Assembly: GCA_040830765.1 (NCBI GenBank)
Contig: JBFOMH010000005.1
Location: 1-64,000 of the forward strand
DNA from: Puniceicoccaceae bacterium
GTDB taxonomy: Bacteria; Verrucomicrobiota; Verrucomicrobiia; Opitutales; Oceanipulchritudinaceae
Direction of reading: 5' to 3'
Length of the DNA stretch: 64,000 nucleotides
Position numbers and translations under genes: made by a program. Positions 9,795-19,805 of the stretch are shown piece after piece; position 1 is the first letter of the stretch, and every line of letters begins with the position of its first letter. The notes beneath the pieces were generated by a model that saw nothing but the letters and a program-made list of their open reading frames with translations, was not told the DNA's origin and searched no databases.

Positions 9795-11057
9795 TCAATC
9801 TACATCGACCCCCATGCGGATGAAATGGACATCCGCTCCATCGGGTTCCACTTGAATGATGCCTTCAACATCTTCGTAAAGGGGATTCTCCCCTTTGTTG
9901 GCATTCTCTTCATAGATTGGATTGCTCGTACTTAACGGTTCGAAGAGCAATGATTCCGGTGCCATCCAAGGAATCGGACCGATATTCGGATCATCCGTCC
10001 GGCGTCGGAAATTCAAGCGAATAACGGGTCCTTCGGGCGTGTTCATCCTTGTCACCCTGACAGCTTCTTGGGGCAGGGTGAACTCATTGGGATTGGTCAC
10101 GAGGGTGAACTCGACGATTGTCGGGATGTTGTCCTTGTCCGGATCTCCGATCGGCGAAGCAAAGGCCGGGTCAAGGAGTTCCTCGCGGGAAAAATTTGCC
10201 GCCATGAAGGCTTCAAACGGCGTCATCTCCACATCGATCATCACCGCAAAGGAGCGTGAAGTCCGGTTAACCCCGTCGGATACCCGGACTGTGATGCTGG
10301 CAACCCCTGAGTATAGGGCCGAAGTGCGCGCAGTCAGGGTTCGACGCAGCCCCGTGCCGGAAATCGCCAGGTCGAGAATCATCTCCGGCCGGTCCGTCTC
10401 AACCGTGATTTCAAGTTGGTCGGGCGGTGTCTCCACCTCGTTGATGACAATCAGGACGTCGATGGGGGAAGCCGTCCCAGTCGAAACGTCGGGAATCAGA
10501 TCCAGCGTCGGAGGCTCATTGCCCCCGGAAGCCTCTCCGGTATTCGTCGGGATATCCCACCAGCTCCGGGCCTGGTAGAGAACGATCCCATCTGTATCTA
10601 ATTCCCAATACGTTGACTCGATATACGTGTAATTCAGCGAGAAATCCTCCTCAGGAGGATCACCCTCCGCATTTCCGTTGGTTGAGTAGGAAGAAATCAT
10701 CACGTTATGCAGCTTATACTTCAGGTAGGTTGTCTCGCCCCGCGTCGTCAAGCGGGTCACGTCCAGCTCCAGCTCGGCAATCACTTCACCCGTGGCCAAA
10801 GCGCTCATCATGCGCGCAGAGGCATTATCCGTCTTCTTGGTCAGGTTTAATTCACTGAAATCCGGCGGGGGAGGGGGAATCCCCTTGCTGACCGAGATCC
10901 CGTTGAAATAACTCTGCACAGGGATCCAGTTCGCGTGGGCGTCATCCGTCGATTCCCCCTCGACACCCTCCCACCTCAAATAGTGGGGGGCTTCCATCGC
11001 CGTTCCGAAGACAGCCAGAAGGCAAAACAGGAAGAGCAACCTGCGTTGGTGGATCAT
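9795..11057 (-). CDS. Secreted Hcp-domain fusion protein (signal peptide + Hcp + Ig/cadherin-like + C-terminal domain)
   Basis: Signal peptide MIHQRRLLFLFCLLAVFGTAMEA. Hcp motifs GVEGES...H.NWI, FSELNLTKKTDNAS, YLKYKLHNVMISS and E.FSLNY..I. Then NEPPTL...ITVRVSDG and a C-terminal DPDKDN...EF...FIRMGV region. Confidence 0.8.
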   Translation of the reverse strand: MIHQRRLLFLFCLLAVFGTAMEAPHYLRWEGVEGESTDDAHANWIPVQSYFNGISVSKGIPPPPPDFSELNLTKKTDNASARMMSALATGEVIAELELDVTRLTTRGETTYLKYKLHNVMISSYSTNGNAEGDPPEEDFSLNYTYIESTYWELDTDGIVLYQARSWWDIPTNTGEASGGNEPPTLDLIPDVSTGTASPIDVLIVINEVETPPDQLEITVETDRPEMILDLAISGTGLRRTLTARTSALYSGVASITVRVSDGVNRTSRSFAVMIDVEMTPFEAFMAANFSREELLDPAFASPIGDPDKDNIPTIVEFTLVTNPNEFTLPQEAVRVTRMNTPEGPVIRLNFRRRTDDPNIGPIPWMAPESLLFEPLSTSNPIYEENANKGENPLYEDVEGIIQVEPDGADVHFIRMGVDVD

Positions 11058-11091
11058 GGGCCTCAATAGATTAGGACTGGATTACGTCAGC

Positions 11092-11655
11092 CTAGGGGGT
11101 GTTCTGGACCACGTCCCACGTGAAGGGCTCCACGCCGGATGGCCTCCCGTCGGGGAGAGTCGAGTAGTCTACCTTGATACGGGTGAAATTCAGGGTGACG
11201 TTTTCCGTTATCCGGTCCTCGCCGCCACTGCCACCGGTGGATATGGAGGTGATGATCACATCTGTCATCGTGATCTTCATATAGGTCTGGGTCTCGCCCC
11301 CGGTTCCCGTCCGGGTAAGGCTCAATTCAACCGTGCCGAAGACGGTTCCCGAGGCACAGGAAGTCATCAGCGCAGGTGTGGACTTATCGATGTACTTGGT
11401 CATCGATAAATCATCGAAATTGACCCCGCCGGATATCCGCTCACCACCGCCTGCGCCAGACGTGTTCACCGGATTGTACATGCCCCAGTCAATCGACAGG
11501 ACATCGATCCATTTATCATGATTCGAATCCTTCGACTCTCCGTCCACGCCGTCATATTTTGCAAAGACTGCTCCGTTAACCGTGCTCGCCAGTCCCAGGA
11601 TCATCAAGGCCGCGAGCCACCGCCTTGTCCCCCCAAAGCTCGTTATCCAGTTCAT
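11092..11655 (-). CDS. hcp: Hcp1-family tube protein with N-terminal signal peptide
   Basis: Motifs DGVDGESKDSNHDKWIDVLSIDWG, FDDLSMTKYIDKSTPAL, YMKITMTDVIITS and ENVTLNFTRIKVDY. They are preceded by RRWLAALMILGLASTVNG-A. Confidence 0.88.
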   Translation of the reverse strand: MNWITSFGGTRRWLAALMILGLASTVNGAVFAKYDGVDGESKDSNHDKWIDVLSIDWGMYNPVNTSGAGGGERISGGVNFDDLSMTKYIDKSTPALMTSCASGTVFGTVELSLTRTGTGGETQTYMKITMTDVIITSISTGGSGGEDRITENVTLNFTRIKVDYSTLPDGRPSGVEPFTWDVVQNTP

Positions 11656-11791
11656 TCCTTGAATCTAACCACCGGGGCAGGGGCCTGTCAAAGGTTTAGC
11701 ATTAGGTGAACTGTAGAGGCCTATTAGAAGGCGTATTCTCCAGAGAATCAATCTTTTAGACATAATACATATTGTACCTTCTATATGCACA

Positions 11792-11816
11792 GAATCCCGC
11801 TGAATTAGCGGGATTC
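11792..11816. terminator. Hairpin downstream of the DUF4097 gene (probable terminator)
   Basis: GAATCCCGCT-gaatt-AGCGGGATTC is an inverted repeat. The U-tract on the minus strand is weak. Confidence 0.5.
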
Positions 11817-11846
11817 CGTTTCTTGTAAAAACTGAACTGGATGAAA

Positions 11847-12791
11847 TCAGTTTGGATTCAGGTTGATACTGCCGGAACCGGTACTGATTTTGAGATTGGG
11901 GCCGCCATTGGCGGTTGCGCCATCGAGGGAGCGTTTCTTCGCGACAGGATCGACGAGGTCAAAGCCACAGTTGATGCTGCCGCTACCGACACCGGCATTG
12001 AGGACGAATCCGGCTGTCGGCGGGAGAAGAATTTTGACACCACCACTTCCGGTGGCGGCCTTGGAGTCCTCGACCAATTCGACAGACGACTCGATGCGGA
12101 CGCTTCCGGAACCGGTTTTGGCGGTAAACTGGCTGATCTGCCCGACGGCGTTCACGCTGCCGGATCCGGTGGCGGCATCGAGGCTACCCTCCATGTCGCT
12201 GACCTTGATACTGCCGGAACCCGTACGGACTTTTATGTTCCCCTCGACTGCGACGAGATTGATCTGTCCGGAGCCGGACTTGGCTTGAATCTCACCGGTC
12301 AGGTCGCTGCCGCTGACACTTCCGCTGCCGGTCGCAAAGTGAAGGACGCCGGTGATGGCATCGACCGAAACAGCACCGGAGCCATTTTTCAGGTGCAGAT
12401 CCATGTCTTGAGGAACTTTCACGGTAATATTGGCACCCGATGACTTGGAGCTTTTAAAGATGCTGAACCAAGAGCTGTTTTTGCGCTTGGTCTTCACAAC
12501 AACCGCCAAAACGCCTTCCTCCTCCTCAATGGACACTTCAGCTTCATCGAAGATTTCATCAGCTGCGGCCTGGTCCGAGGCCTTGGCGTATAATTCGACT
12601 TCGACAACTACGCTCCCGCGGTCCCAGCTGGAAACCGCTACATGGGCGGATTGTGCCTGAAGGTCGACTTTCTCAATACTTCCGGAATCAAATTCCCGGA
12701 TAATTTCCCTTGTAAATCCCTCGGCCGAGAGAAATCCCGGCGCAGCGAAGGCGACGAGAGCAAGAACAGTGATAGGTTTGATTGGTTTCAT
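11847..12791 (-). CDS. Secreted DUF4097 (putative adhesin) beta-strand repeat protein
   Basis: Signal peptide MKPIKPITVLALVAFAAPGFLSA, followed by many TGSGS(V/I) repeats. Confidence 0.85.
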   Translation of the reverse strand: MKPIKPITVLALVAFAAPGFLSAEGFTREIIREFDSGSIEKVDLQAQSAHVAVSSWDRGSVVVEVELYAKASDQAAADEIFDEAEVSIEEEEGVLAVVVKTKRKNSSWFSIFKSSKSSGANITVKVPQDMDLHLKNGSGAVSVDAITGVLHFATGSGSVSGSDLTGEIQAKSGSGQINLVAVEGNIKVRTGSGSIKVSDMEGSLDAATGSGSVNAVGQISQFTAKTGSGSVRIESSVELVEDSKAATGSGGVKILLPPTAGFVLNAGVGSGSINCGFDLVDPVAKKRSLDGATANGGPNLKISTGSGSINLNPN

Positions 12792-13013
12792 GATATTTTG
12801 CTGCATATGCGATAGAATTGCGATTAATGTGCCAATTGACACAGGTGATTCGCAAACATCTGCCTGCAGGTTACTTATAATTTTGGTCAAAGGCGAATTT
12901 TTTCGCCGAAGCCCCCTTTTTGGCGATAATTTGGCGAAATTTGCCAAATCCGGGCACAAAAAAGCCCTGTCGCGCATTTACGGACAGGGCCTGAAAATTG
13001 GTTCGAAACTCCC

Positions 13014-13259
13014 CTACTTGCGGCGGCGGAACTTCGTTTGGAACTTCTCGACGCGACCGGCGGTATCGACAAAGCGCTTTTCACCGGTGTAGACCGGGTG
13101 GGAATCGCTGGTGATATCCCGCACGACAACGAAGTACTCGACTCCGTCGATGGTTTCCTTCTTGTCGGACTTGATAGTCGAGGTGGTCAGAAAATTCTTG
13201 CCCGTAGAAACGTCACGGAAGCAAACCGGATGGGTTTTCGGATGAATATCAGTCTTCAT
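13014..13259 (-). CDS. rpmE2: 50S ribosomal protein L31 type B
   Basis: MKTDIHP...[23 protein letters not shown], without the CxxC zinc pairs. Confidence 0.93.
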   Translation of the reverse strand: MKTDIHPKTHPVCFRDVSTGKNFLTTSTIKSDKKETIDGVEYFVVVRDITSDSHPVYTGEKRFVDTAGRVEKFQTKFRRRK

Positions 13260-13282
13260 GATACGGTTCCTTTCCTTGGAAA

Positions 13283-13408
13283 TTAGCCTTGGCGCGCTTT
13301 GAAACGCGGGTTGGTCTTGCAAATCACGTAGACACGGCCACGGCGGCGAACCACCTGGCAGTCAGGGTGACGGGTTTTCAAGGACTTGATGGAAGATGCG
13401 ACTTTCAT
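13283..13408 (-). CDS. rpmJ: 50S ribosomal protein L36 type B (not in ORF track)
   Basis: Manual translation gives [41 protein letters not shown] (41 aa), the YkgO type. Confidence 0.95.
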   Translation of the reverse strand: MKVASSIKSLKTRHPDCQVVRRRGRVYVICKTNPRFKARQG

Positions 13409-13494
13409 TTTCGGAAATGGTTAAAAGGGAGGAAGAAAGGTGTTTGGAAAGGGCCTGTCAACCCGAATTCTGGTAAAATTAAGGGTAGGGTCCC

Positions 13495-14298
13495 CTACTC
13501 TTTTTTCAAGCCCTTGGTCAGCTCCTGCATCTTTTCCTGAACTGCCTTCGTAATTACCTCTGGCTGGCCCAAATTCCGGGCGATACAATTGACCAGAGCG
13601 CTGCCAACAACGACCCCATCGGCAACCGCGGCCACCGCCCGAACGTGCTGCTCCTGGGAAATACCGAATCCGACGACCACCGGGCCTTTGGCATAGGTCC
13701 GGATCAAGTCCAGTTTTTCCTGTAAATTACCCGCCATTTGGTCCCTCTCACCCGTAACCCCTTCCTGGCTAACGTAATAGACGAAACCGGTGGTTGCCCG
13801 GCAAATCAGCTCAATACGGGCCTCAGGAGATGTCGGGGCCACGATGTAAACTGTCTTGAGGCCAGTCTTTTCACAGGCCGCATCCATTTCACCAGCCTCC
13901 TCGGGAGGCAAATCAAGGGTCAAGATTCCATCCACGCCCGCCGCCACGGCCCGTTCGGCAAATGCTTCCACACCCTGTGAAAAGACAAGGTTGTAGTATG
14001 TATACAGGACCACCGGGACCTCGGAAAACTCCCGAATCCGGCGCACCAACTCGAAGACCTTTTCCTGGGTCATTCCGGAGGCAAGGGCCCTTTCCGCTGC
14101 GAGTTGGTTCGTCAGGCCGTCAGCCAGCGGGTCAGAGAAAGGCACTCCCAATTCAAGGATGTCAGTCCCCTCCCCGAGCAGGATCCGGCAGACCTCGAGG
14201 GATGTCTCCAGATCAGGATCCCCTGCGCAAACGTAGGAAACGAAGGCTGCCCGGCCCTCGGACCTGGCCGTGGCAAATGCTTTTTCAATGCGATTCAT
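13495..14298 (-). CDS. trpA: Tryptophan synthase alpha chain
   Basis: Motifs ELGVPFSDPLADG, YYVSQEGVTG, VGFGIS and DGVVVGSA are present. Confidence 0.96.
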   Translation of the reverse strand: MNRIEKAFATARSEGRAAFVSYVCAGDPDLETSLEVCRILLGEGTDILELGVPFSDPLADGLTNQLAAERALASGMTQEKVFELVRRIREFSEVPVVLYTYYNLVFSQGVEAFAERAVAAGVDGILTLDLPPEEAGEMDAACEKTGLKTVYIVAPTSPEARIELICRATTGFVYYVSQEGVTGERDQMAGNLQEKLDLIRTYAKGPVVVGFGISQEQHVRAVAAVADGVVVGSALVNCIARNLGQPEVITKAVQEKMQELTKGLKKE

Positions 14299-14414
14299 AT
14301 TAATGAGGAAAACAGCAAGTTGGTCAAAAGACGGCCGCAGCGCAACTATGAACCCCGACCGCTTGCCGTGCTTCTTAATTGACACTATATTCCGCCTCCA
14401 ACCACTCTCTAATT

Positions 14415-17237
14415 ATGATAAAGAAATGCTGTTTCCTTAGCCTTATCGCACTCATCCTTCTCAACGTATCCCTTTCTGGGGCGCAATTGCCTGACAAGCA
14501 CCCGCTGGATGAGTCCGAATCCCGTACCTTGGTTCTCGAAAATGGTCTCAAGGTCCTGATGGTCTCGGACCCGGACCTGAACCTGAGTTCCGCCGCCATG
14601 GCCATTGATGTTGGTTCCTTCAAGGATCCCGTGGACGCCCTTGGTTTAGCTCACTTCCTGGAGCACATGCTCTTCCTGGGGACGGAAAAGTATCCCAGTG
14701 AGGGTGAATACAAGGAGTACCTCACCCAGAACGGCGGCTTCAGCAATGCCTACACTTCAAGGGACCACACCAATTACCACTTCCAGGTGTTTCCGGAGGC
14801 CTTTGAAGGTGCCTTGGATCGCTTTGCCCAATTCTTTATTGCCCCGTTGTTCATCGAGGAATTCACCCAACGGGAAAAGAACGCCGTGGATTCGGAGTTT
14901 GAACTCTACCTTGAGGACGATAACTGGCGCAACCAGCGGATGTTTTCGCTGTTTTCGAGAAAGGGCCATCCCTCGAATCAATTCCTCGTCGGGAACAATG
15001 CCACCCTTGAGCATGTGACCCGCGAACAGGTCATTGATTTCTATAACGAATATTACTCCGCCAACCAGATGGCCCTCAGCCTGGTCTCCACGCACACGCT
15101 TGACCAAATGGAGTCATGGGTGCGGGAAAAGTTCAGTGCCATCGAGACTGACGGTCGCGAAGCACTTAGGTACCCATCCGACTTTCTGGAAAAGACGGAT
15201 GCCGTCCGTATGGTCCGTATCAAGGCGGTGGAGGATAGGAAGATCCTCAACATCTACTTCAATACGCCGGCAAACCGCCAGGACTGGGATGCCAAGTCCT
15301 CCGACATCATTGGGGCAACGCTCGGTTACGAAGGCAAGGGCAGCCTGCTTTCAAGCCTCAAGGAGGAGAATCTGGCCATTGCCCTGGGTTCCAGCGTCTG
15401 GGACGCCACGGTCGATTACACCGTCACGGCCATCAGTGTCGACCTTACCGAATCCGGTCATGCCCATCCCGAGCGCGTATTGGAACTGGTTCTCGATTAT
15501 ATCGAAATGCTGCGCCAGTCCCCCTATCCGGACTATATCTACGAACAGGAAGCAACCTTGGCCAAATTGCGGGAAATCTATACCGACAAGGGCGAAGGAA
15601 TGGACCGGGCCACGAATCTGGCCAACCGCGCACTGCAATTTCCGCTGGAATACGCGGAGGACCTGCCGACCACCTTCCTGAGACAGGATCCGGATTTCTA
15701 CTACGAACTGCTGGATGCCATGCGTCCGGAGAACATGCTGGTGCTCTTTTCCGCCAAGGACATGGAAACGGATCAGCAGGAGGATATTTACGGGGTCGAA
15801 TACAGCTACACTGAAGAAGGTGGTGAACTCTTTGCTCGGTTGTCCAACCCGCAAATCAACGCCAACCAGACCCTGCCCAATCCAAATCCGTTTATTCCGG
15901 AAACAGTCGAGCTGCTCAACGAGCGGCCTGTCTTGTTGGTTGAGGAACCGGGGCTGACCCTGTATTACGGACAGGACCATGAGTTCCAGCGTCCGAAGGT
16001 CGCCGCCCAGTTCAAGGTGCGCCTGCCCGATACCGAACAGGATGTCAACCGGGCCGTCCTGTTCGAACTCTATGAGGCGGCCGTTAACGAGTATGTTAAT
16101 GAGATCGGTTACGATGCCCTCATGGCGGAACTGGTCTACATGGTAAGAGCAGATGCCGAAGGCGTATCTGTAGTGGCATTTGGCTACACGGAATCAGCCA
16201 ACAAGCTGTTGCCATACCTAACCGATGCCCTCAAAGGGTTTTCAATTGAGGAAGAGCGCTTTGAATCTATCAAGCAGCGGATGATACGCGGTTGGAACAA
16301 TGCCGAGTTTGATGCCGCGGCCCGCTACATCCGGTACTTCACCTCCGGTGCCACAATGAGGGATTACTATCTTCCCGGGACCAAGGTGGCTGCCGCTGAA
16401 TCTGTCAGCCTGGCGGACGTTTACGCTTTCCGTGACCAACTCTTCAACCTCGGCAATGTGGAGGCCATCGTTTATGGAAATGTCTCCGCACCGGAAGCAG
16501 TAACCATGGCCCGTAAATTCCAGCAAAGCCTCGCCCTGCAGCCGGTCGATTCGGTCTACGAGAACAAGGTGCTGGCCATGAATCCCGGCAACTCGCTCGT
16601 TTTCAAGGATGTCGTGCCGACCAATAATTCGGCCTACCGACGGGACTACATAGCTGGCATGGCCACGCCGCTAAACCGGGTCGCCGCAGAGGTCCTTGGC
16701 AATCTGATCAATGCCCCCTACTACTCGGAAATGCGGACCCGCCAGCAACTGGGCTATGTCGTCTGGTCGTTCGCTTTCACGCTGGAGGACATGATCCGTG
16801 TCGGGTTCATCATCCAGTCGGGTGACTATGATCCCCTTGAACTGGCCGACCGGTCCGAGACACTGATCGCCACCTTCCCGGAAATGCTCCGAGGGATGTC
16901 CGAGGAAGCCTTCCTTCAGGCCAAGACCGCGGTCCGTTCCGAAATCGAAAAGAAGGACAAGACCATCATGGAGAAAGCGTCCCGCTTCTTCCGGTTGGCC
17001 TATGACCACGGCGGTAATTGGGATCGACAGCAGGAATCCCTCACCGCCCTCGAGGCCTTGACCATGGAAGACGTCATTGCATTCCTTGAGGCTGCCATCG
17101 ATCCGGAGACATCCCAATCCCAGCTCATTCTTCTCTTTGCCCGACAGGAAGAAGAACTCGCCGGGGAAACGGAAGCGGTGACCGACCTTGACGCCTGGAA
17201 AGCGCAGCAGGAATACCGCGACGTCTCCGACCTGTAG
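14415..17237 (+). CDS. Secreted M16A (pitrilysin/insulinase) zinc peptidase
   Basis: Signal peptide, inverted zinc motif GLAHFLEHMLFLGTEKYP, NAYT and MRTRQQLGYVV. Confidence 0.92.
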   Translation: MIKKCCFLSLIALILLNVSLSGAQLPDKHPLDESESRTLVLENGLKVLMVSDPDLNLSSAAMAIDVGSFKDPVDALGLAHFLEHMLFLGTEKYPSEGEYKEYLTQNGGFSNAYTSRDHTNYHFQVFPEAFEGALDRFAQFFIAPLFIEEFTQREKNAVDSEFELYLEDDNWRNQRMFSLFSRKGHPSNQFLVGNNATLEHVTREQVIDFYNEYYSANQMALSLVSTHTLDQMESWVREKFSAIETDGREALRYPSDFLEKTDAVRMVRIKAVEDRKILNIYFNTPANRQDWDAKSSDIIGATLGYEGKGSLLSSLKEENLAIALGSSVWDATVDYTVTAISVDLTESGHAHPERVLELVLDYIEMLRQSPYPDYIYEQEATLAKLREIYTDKGEGMDRATNLANRALQFPLEYAEDLPTTFLRQDPDFYYELLDAMRPENMLVLFSAKDMETDQQEDIYGVEYSYTEEGGELFARLSNPQINANQTLPNPNPFIPETVELLNERPVLLVEEPGLTLYYGQDHEFQRPKVAAQFKVRLPDTEQDVNRAVLFELYEAAVNEYVNEIGYDALMAELVYMVRADAEGVSVVAFGYTESANKLLPYLTDALKGFSIEEERFESIKQRMIRGWNNAEFDAAARYIRYFTSGATMRDYYLPGTKVAAAESVSLADVYAFRDQLFNLGNVEAIVYGNVSAPEAVTMARKFQQSLALQPVDSVYENKVLAMNPGNSLVFKDVVPTNNSAYRRDYIAGMATPLNRVAAEVLGNLINAPYYSEMRTRQQLGYVVWSFAFTLEDMIRVGFIIQSGDYDPLELADRSETLIATFPEMLRGMSEEAFLQAKTAVRSEIEKKDKTIMEKASRFFRLAYDHGGNWDRQQESLTALEALTMEDVIAFLEAAIDPETSQSQLILLFARQEEELAGETEAVTDLDAWKAQQEYRDVSDL

Positions 17238-17255
17238 TCGTCCACCCATCCCAAA

Positions 17256-18548
17256 ATGCTCTTTTACCGGATTCTCTACCTGCCGGGTCTCCTTATCGGG
17301 CTGCCGTATTACCTCTTCCGCATGTGGCGAAGGGGCGGTTACCGAAAGGGATTCGGCAACCGGTTTGGAGTCATGGGGAAGGTCCCGCCGAAGCGCGGCG
17401 ACAGGAAGCGCATCTGGATTCAGGCTGTTAGTGTCGGTGAGCTTGTGGCCATCGAGCCTATGCTCAAGCGGTTGGCCGATGATGACTCAGTGGAGGTATT
17501 CCTGACAACCACCACCAGTACCGGCTATCGTGTCCTGGAGGGTCGCCTGGCCCCGCTGACATCATGGCATGGCGTCTTCCCGCTGGACTTCTGGCTTTTC
17601 AGCAGGAGGGCCTGGAAGCGCTTGCAGCCTGACTTGGCCATTTTGATGGAGGGGGAACTCTGGCCGGAACATATCTACCAGGCCAGCCGGCGGAATGTCC
17701 CCGTGATTCTGGTCAACGCGCGTCTATCGGATCGCTCCTTCAAGCGACACCTGTCCTTCAAGGGATTGACACGACATTATTACCATCGCCTGGAAGGCAT
17801 TCTTGCCGGAAGCCAGACCGACCAGGACCGGTTTACCCAACTCGGCTGGTTGCCTCCAGAAAGGATAGTCTCCACCGGCAACCTGAAATTGGATGTGCTT
17901 CAGGAGGCTCCGCCTGAAAGGGAGGAACGGGCCGCCCTTTTGGCTGAGCTCGGTTTTCCTCCTGAGGGAACAACCGTCCTGCTGGGCTCATCTACATGGT
18001 CGGGCGAGGAGTCCGCTCTCATCGAGAGCTTTATCAACCTGCGCTCAACGTTTCCCGACCTTCGACTGCTCATCGTGCCCCGGCATGCCGAGCGGATCAA
18101 GGAATTGGAAAGCCTTGTCAGCAAATATCCAGTACAGTCCCATTTCCGTTCCAAAGCGAAACAGGCGCCCGCTGGTACGGAAGTCTACATCGCCGACACT
18201 ACCGGGGAGTTGCACATGCTGACCCGATTTGCCGATCTTGTTTTCGTTGGAAAGTCCTTGCCTCCCAATGAAGGTGGCCAGACCCCGGTTGAATCAGCTG
18301 CCCTCGGCAAGCCGATGCTGTTCGGTCCCAATATGAGTAACTTCCGGGATATCGCCCGGAATCTCACCCAGGCCGGGGCCGTACAACGAGTCGAAAGCCC
18401 GGAAGCCCTCCAGGCGTCCATTCATGAACTGCTCCTGGATCCGGGAAAACGGGAAGACATGGCTAAGGCCGCCTATGCCTTTATTGAAGCCAACCGCGGG
18501 GCTACCGACCGGATAATCGGGCACATCAAATCCCGAACTCTTTCTTAA
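17256..18548 (+). CDS. waaA: 3-deoxy-D-manno-octulosonic acid transferase
   Basis: Motifs [37 protein letters not shown] and DTTGEL are present. Confidence 0.93.
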   Translation: MLFYRILYLPGLLIGLPYYLFRMWRRGGYRKGFGNRFGVMGKVPPKRGDRKRIWIQAVSVGELVAIEPMLKRLADDDSVEVFLTTTTSTGYRVLEGRLAPLTSWHGVFPLDFWLFSRRAWKRLQPDLAILMEGELWPEHIYQASRRNVPVILVNARLSDRSFKRHLSFKGLTRHYYHRLEGILAGSQTDQDRFTQLGWLPPERIVSTGNLKLDVLQEAPPEREERAALLAELGFPPEGTTVLLGSSTWSGEESALIESFINLRSTFPDLRLLIVPRHAERIKELESLVSKYPVQSHFRSKAKQAPAGTEVYIADTTGELHMLTRFADLVFVGKSLPPNEGGQTPVESAALGKPMLFGPNMSNFRDIARNLTQAGAVQRVESPEALQASIHELLLDPGKREDMAKAAYAFIEANRGATDRIIGHIKSRTLS

Positions 18549-19719
18549 CTGCAGCCCAGGCCTCCAAGGTCTTGTCGAGGTCCGACCGCGTATGAGCCGC
18601 ACTGACCTGGGTCCGGATCCGCGCCGTTCCCTGCGGTACCACCGGATAGAAGAAACCCACAACATAGATCCCCTTGTCCAGCATCCTTCGGGCAATTTTC
18701 TGGGAGAGGGCTGCATCCCCTACCATCACGGGGACAATGGGGTGTTCGGTGCCTTTGATTTTGAGTCCAAGGCTTTCCAGACCAGCACGGTAGTAGCGAG
18801 TGTTCTCCTCGAGTTGATCTCGCAGATTTGTGGATGCCTCCAGCATCTCAAGCACTCTAATGGAGGCTGCGGCAATTGGCGGTGCCAGTGTATTGGAAAA
18901 TAGATACGGCCTGGACCGTTGGCGGAGCAGATCGATCACTTCCTTCCGGGCGCTGATGTAGCCTCCGCTGGCACCGCCCAGTGCCTTTCCCAGGGTTCCG
19001 GTGAGGATGTCAACACGGCCCATCAGATCATGGTGCTCGTGTGTACCGCGGCCCTGTTTCCCCATGAATCCTGTCGCATGACAATCGTCCACCATGACCA
19101 GGGCACCATACCGATCGGCCAATTGAACGATACCGGGCAGGTCGGCCACGATTCCGTCCATGGAAAAGACGCCGTCCGTGACAATGAGCTTATTGCGGGC
19201 CCCGGCTGCGACAGCTGCCTTTAGTTGCGTCTCAAGGTCCTCCATGTCGTTGTTCTGGTAGCGAAAACGCTGGGCCTTGCAGAGGCGAACCCCGTCAATA
19301 ATGCTGGCGTGGTTCAATTGGTCGCTGATGATGGCATCCGCAGGACCCAGGAGCGGTTCAAACACCCCTCCATTGGCATCAAAGCAGGCTGCGTAAAGGA
19401 TGGTATCCTCCATGCCCAGAAAGTCACTCAGGGCCTTCTCGAGATCCTTGTGGACGCTTTGGGTACCGCAGATAAAGCGCACGCTGGCCATCCCGAATCC
19501 GTATTCCTTCAAGGCGTTTGAAGCGGCCTCAAGGACCTCCGGATGATCCGCGAGGCCGAGGTAGTTATTGGCGCAGAAATTAATCACCTCACGGCCGTCG
19601 GCTAGTCGGATATGGGCAGATTGGGGGCTGTCAATGATTCCCTCCACCTTGTAGAGGCCGGCTTCCCGGATTTCCTCCAGGATCGTTGACAGTTCATTTT
19701 GAAAGGATTGTGGAAACAT
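18526..19719 (-). CDS. kbl: Glycine C-acetyltransferase (2-amino-3-ketobutyrate CoA ligase)
   Basis: Motifs [36 protein letters not shown] and [11 protein letters not shown]. The start could be 19719 or 19737. Confidence 0.95.
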   Translation of the reverse strand: MFPQSFQNELSTILEEIREAGLYKVEGIIDSPQSAHIRLADGREVINFCANNYLGLADHPEVLEAASNALKEYGFGMASVRFICGTQSVHKDLEKALSDFLGMEDTILYAACFDANGGVFEPLLGPADAIISDQLNHASIIDGVRLCKAQRFRYQNNDMEDLETQLKAAVAAGARNKLIVTDGVFSMDGIVADLPGIVQLADRYGALVMVDDCHATGFMGKQGRGTHEHHDLMGRVDILTGTLGKALGGASGGYISARKEVIDLLRQRSRPYLFSNTLAPPIAAASIRVLEMLEASTNLRDQLEENTRYYRAGLESLGLKIKGTEHPIVPVMVGDAALSQKIARRMLDKGIYVVGFFYPVVPQGTARIRTQVSAAHTRSDLDKTLEAWAAVKKEFGI

Positions 19720-19805
19720 ATGCTCTGGGTAATGCAATTTACCGTATACCGCAACCGCATTATCAGAGCCTTGCCATGCCGGTGGCGGCCTTCTAAATTT
19801 CCATC

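Noticed and set aside
9795..11655. A complete type VI secretion locus or prophage tail module
   Set aside because: No sheath, baseplate, VgrG/PAAR, membrane-complex or phage genes are in the window; the flanks are ggt and a DUF4097 gene.
13289..13540. 83-aa plus-strand ORF
   Set aside because: It is antisense to the real rpmJ gene.
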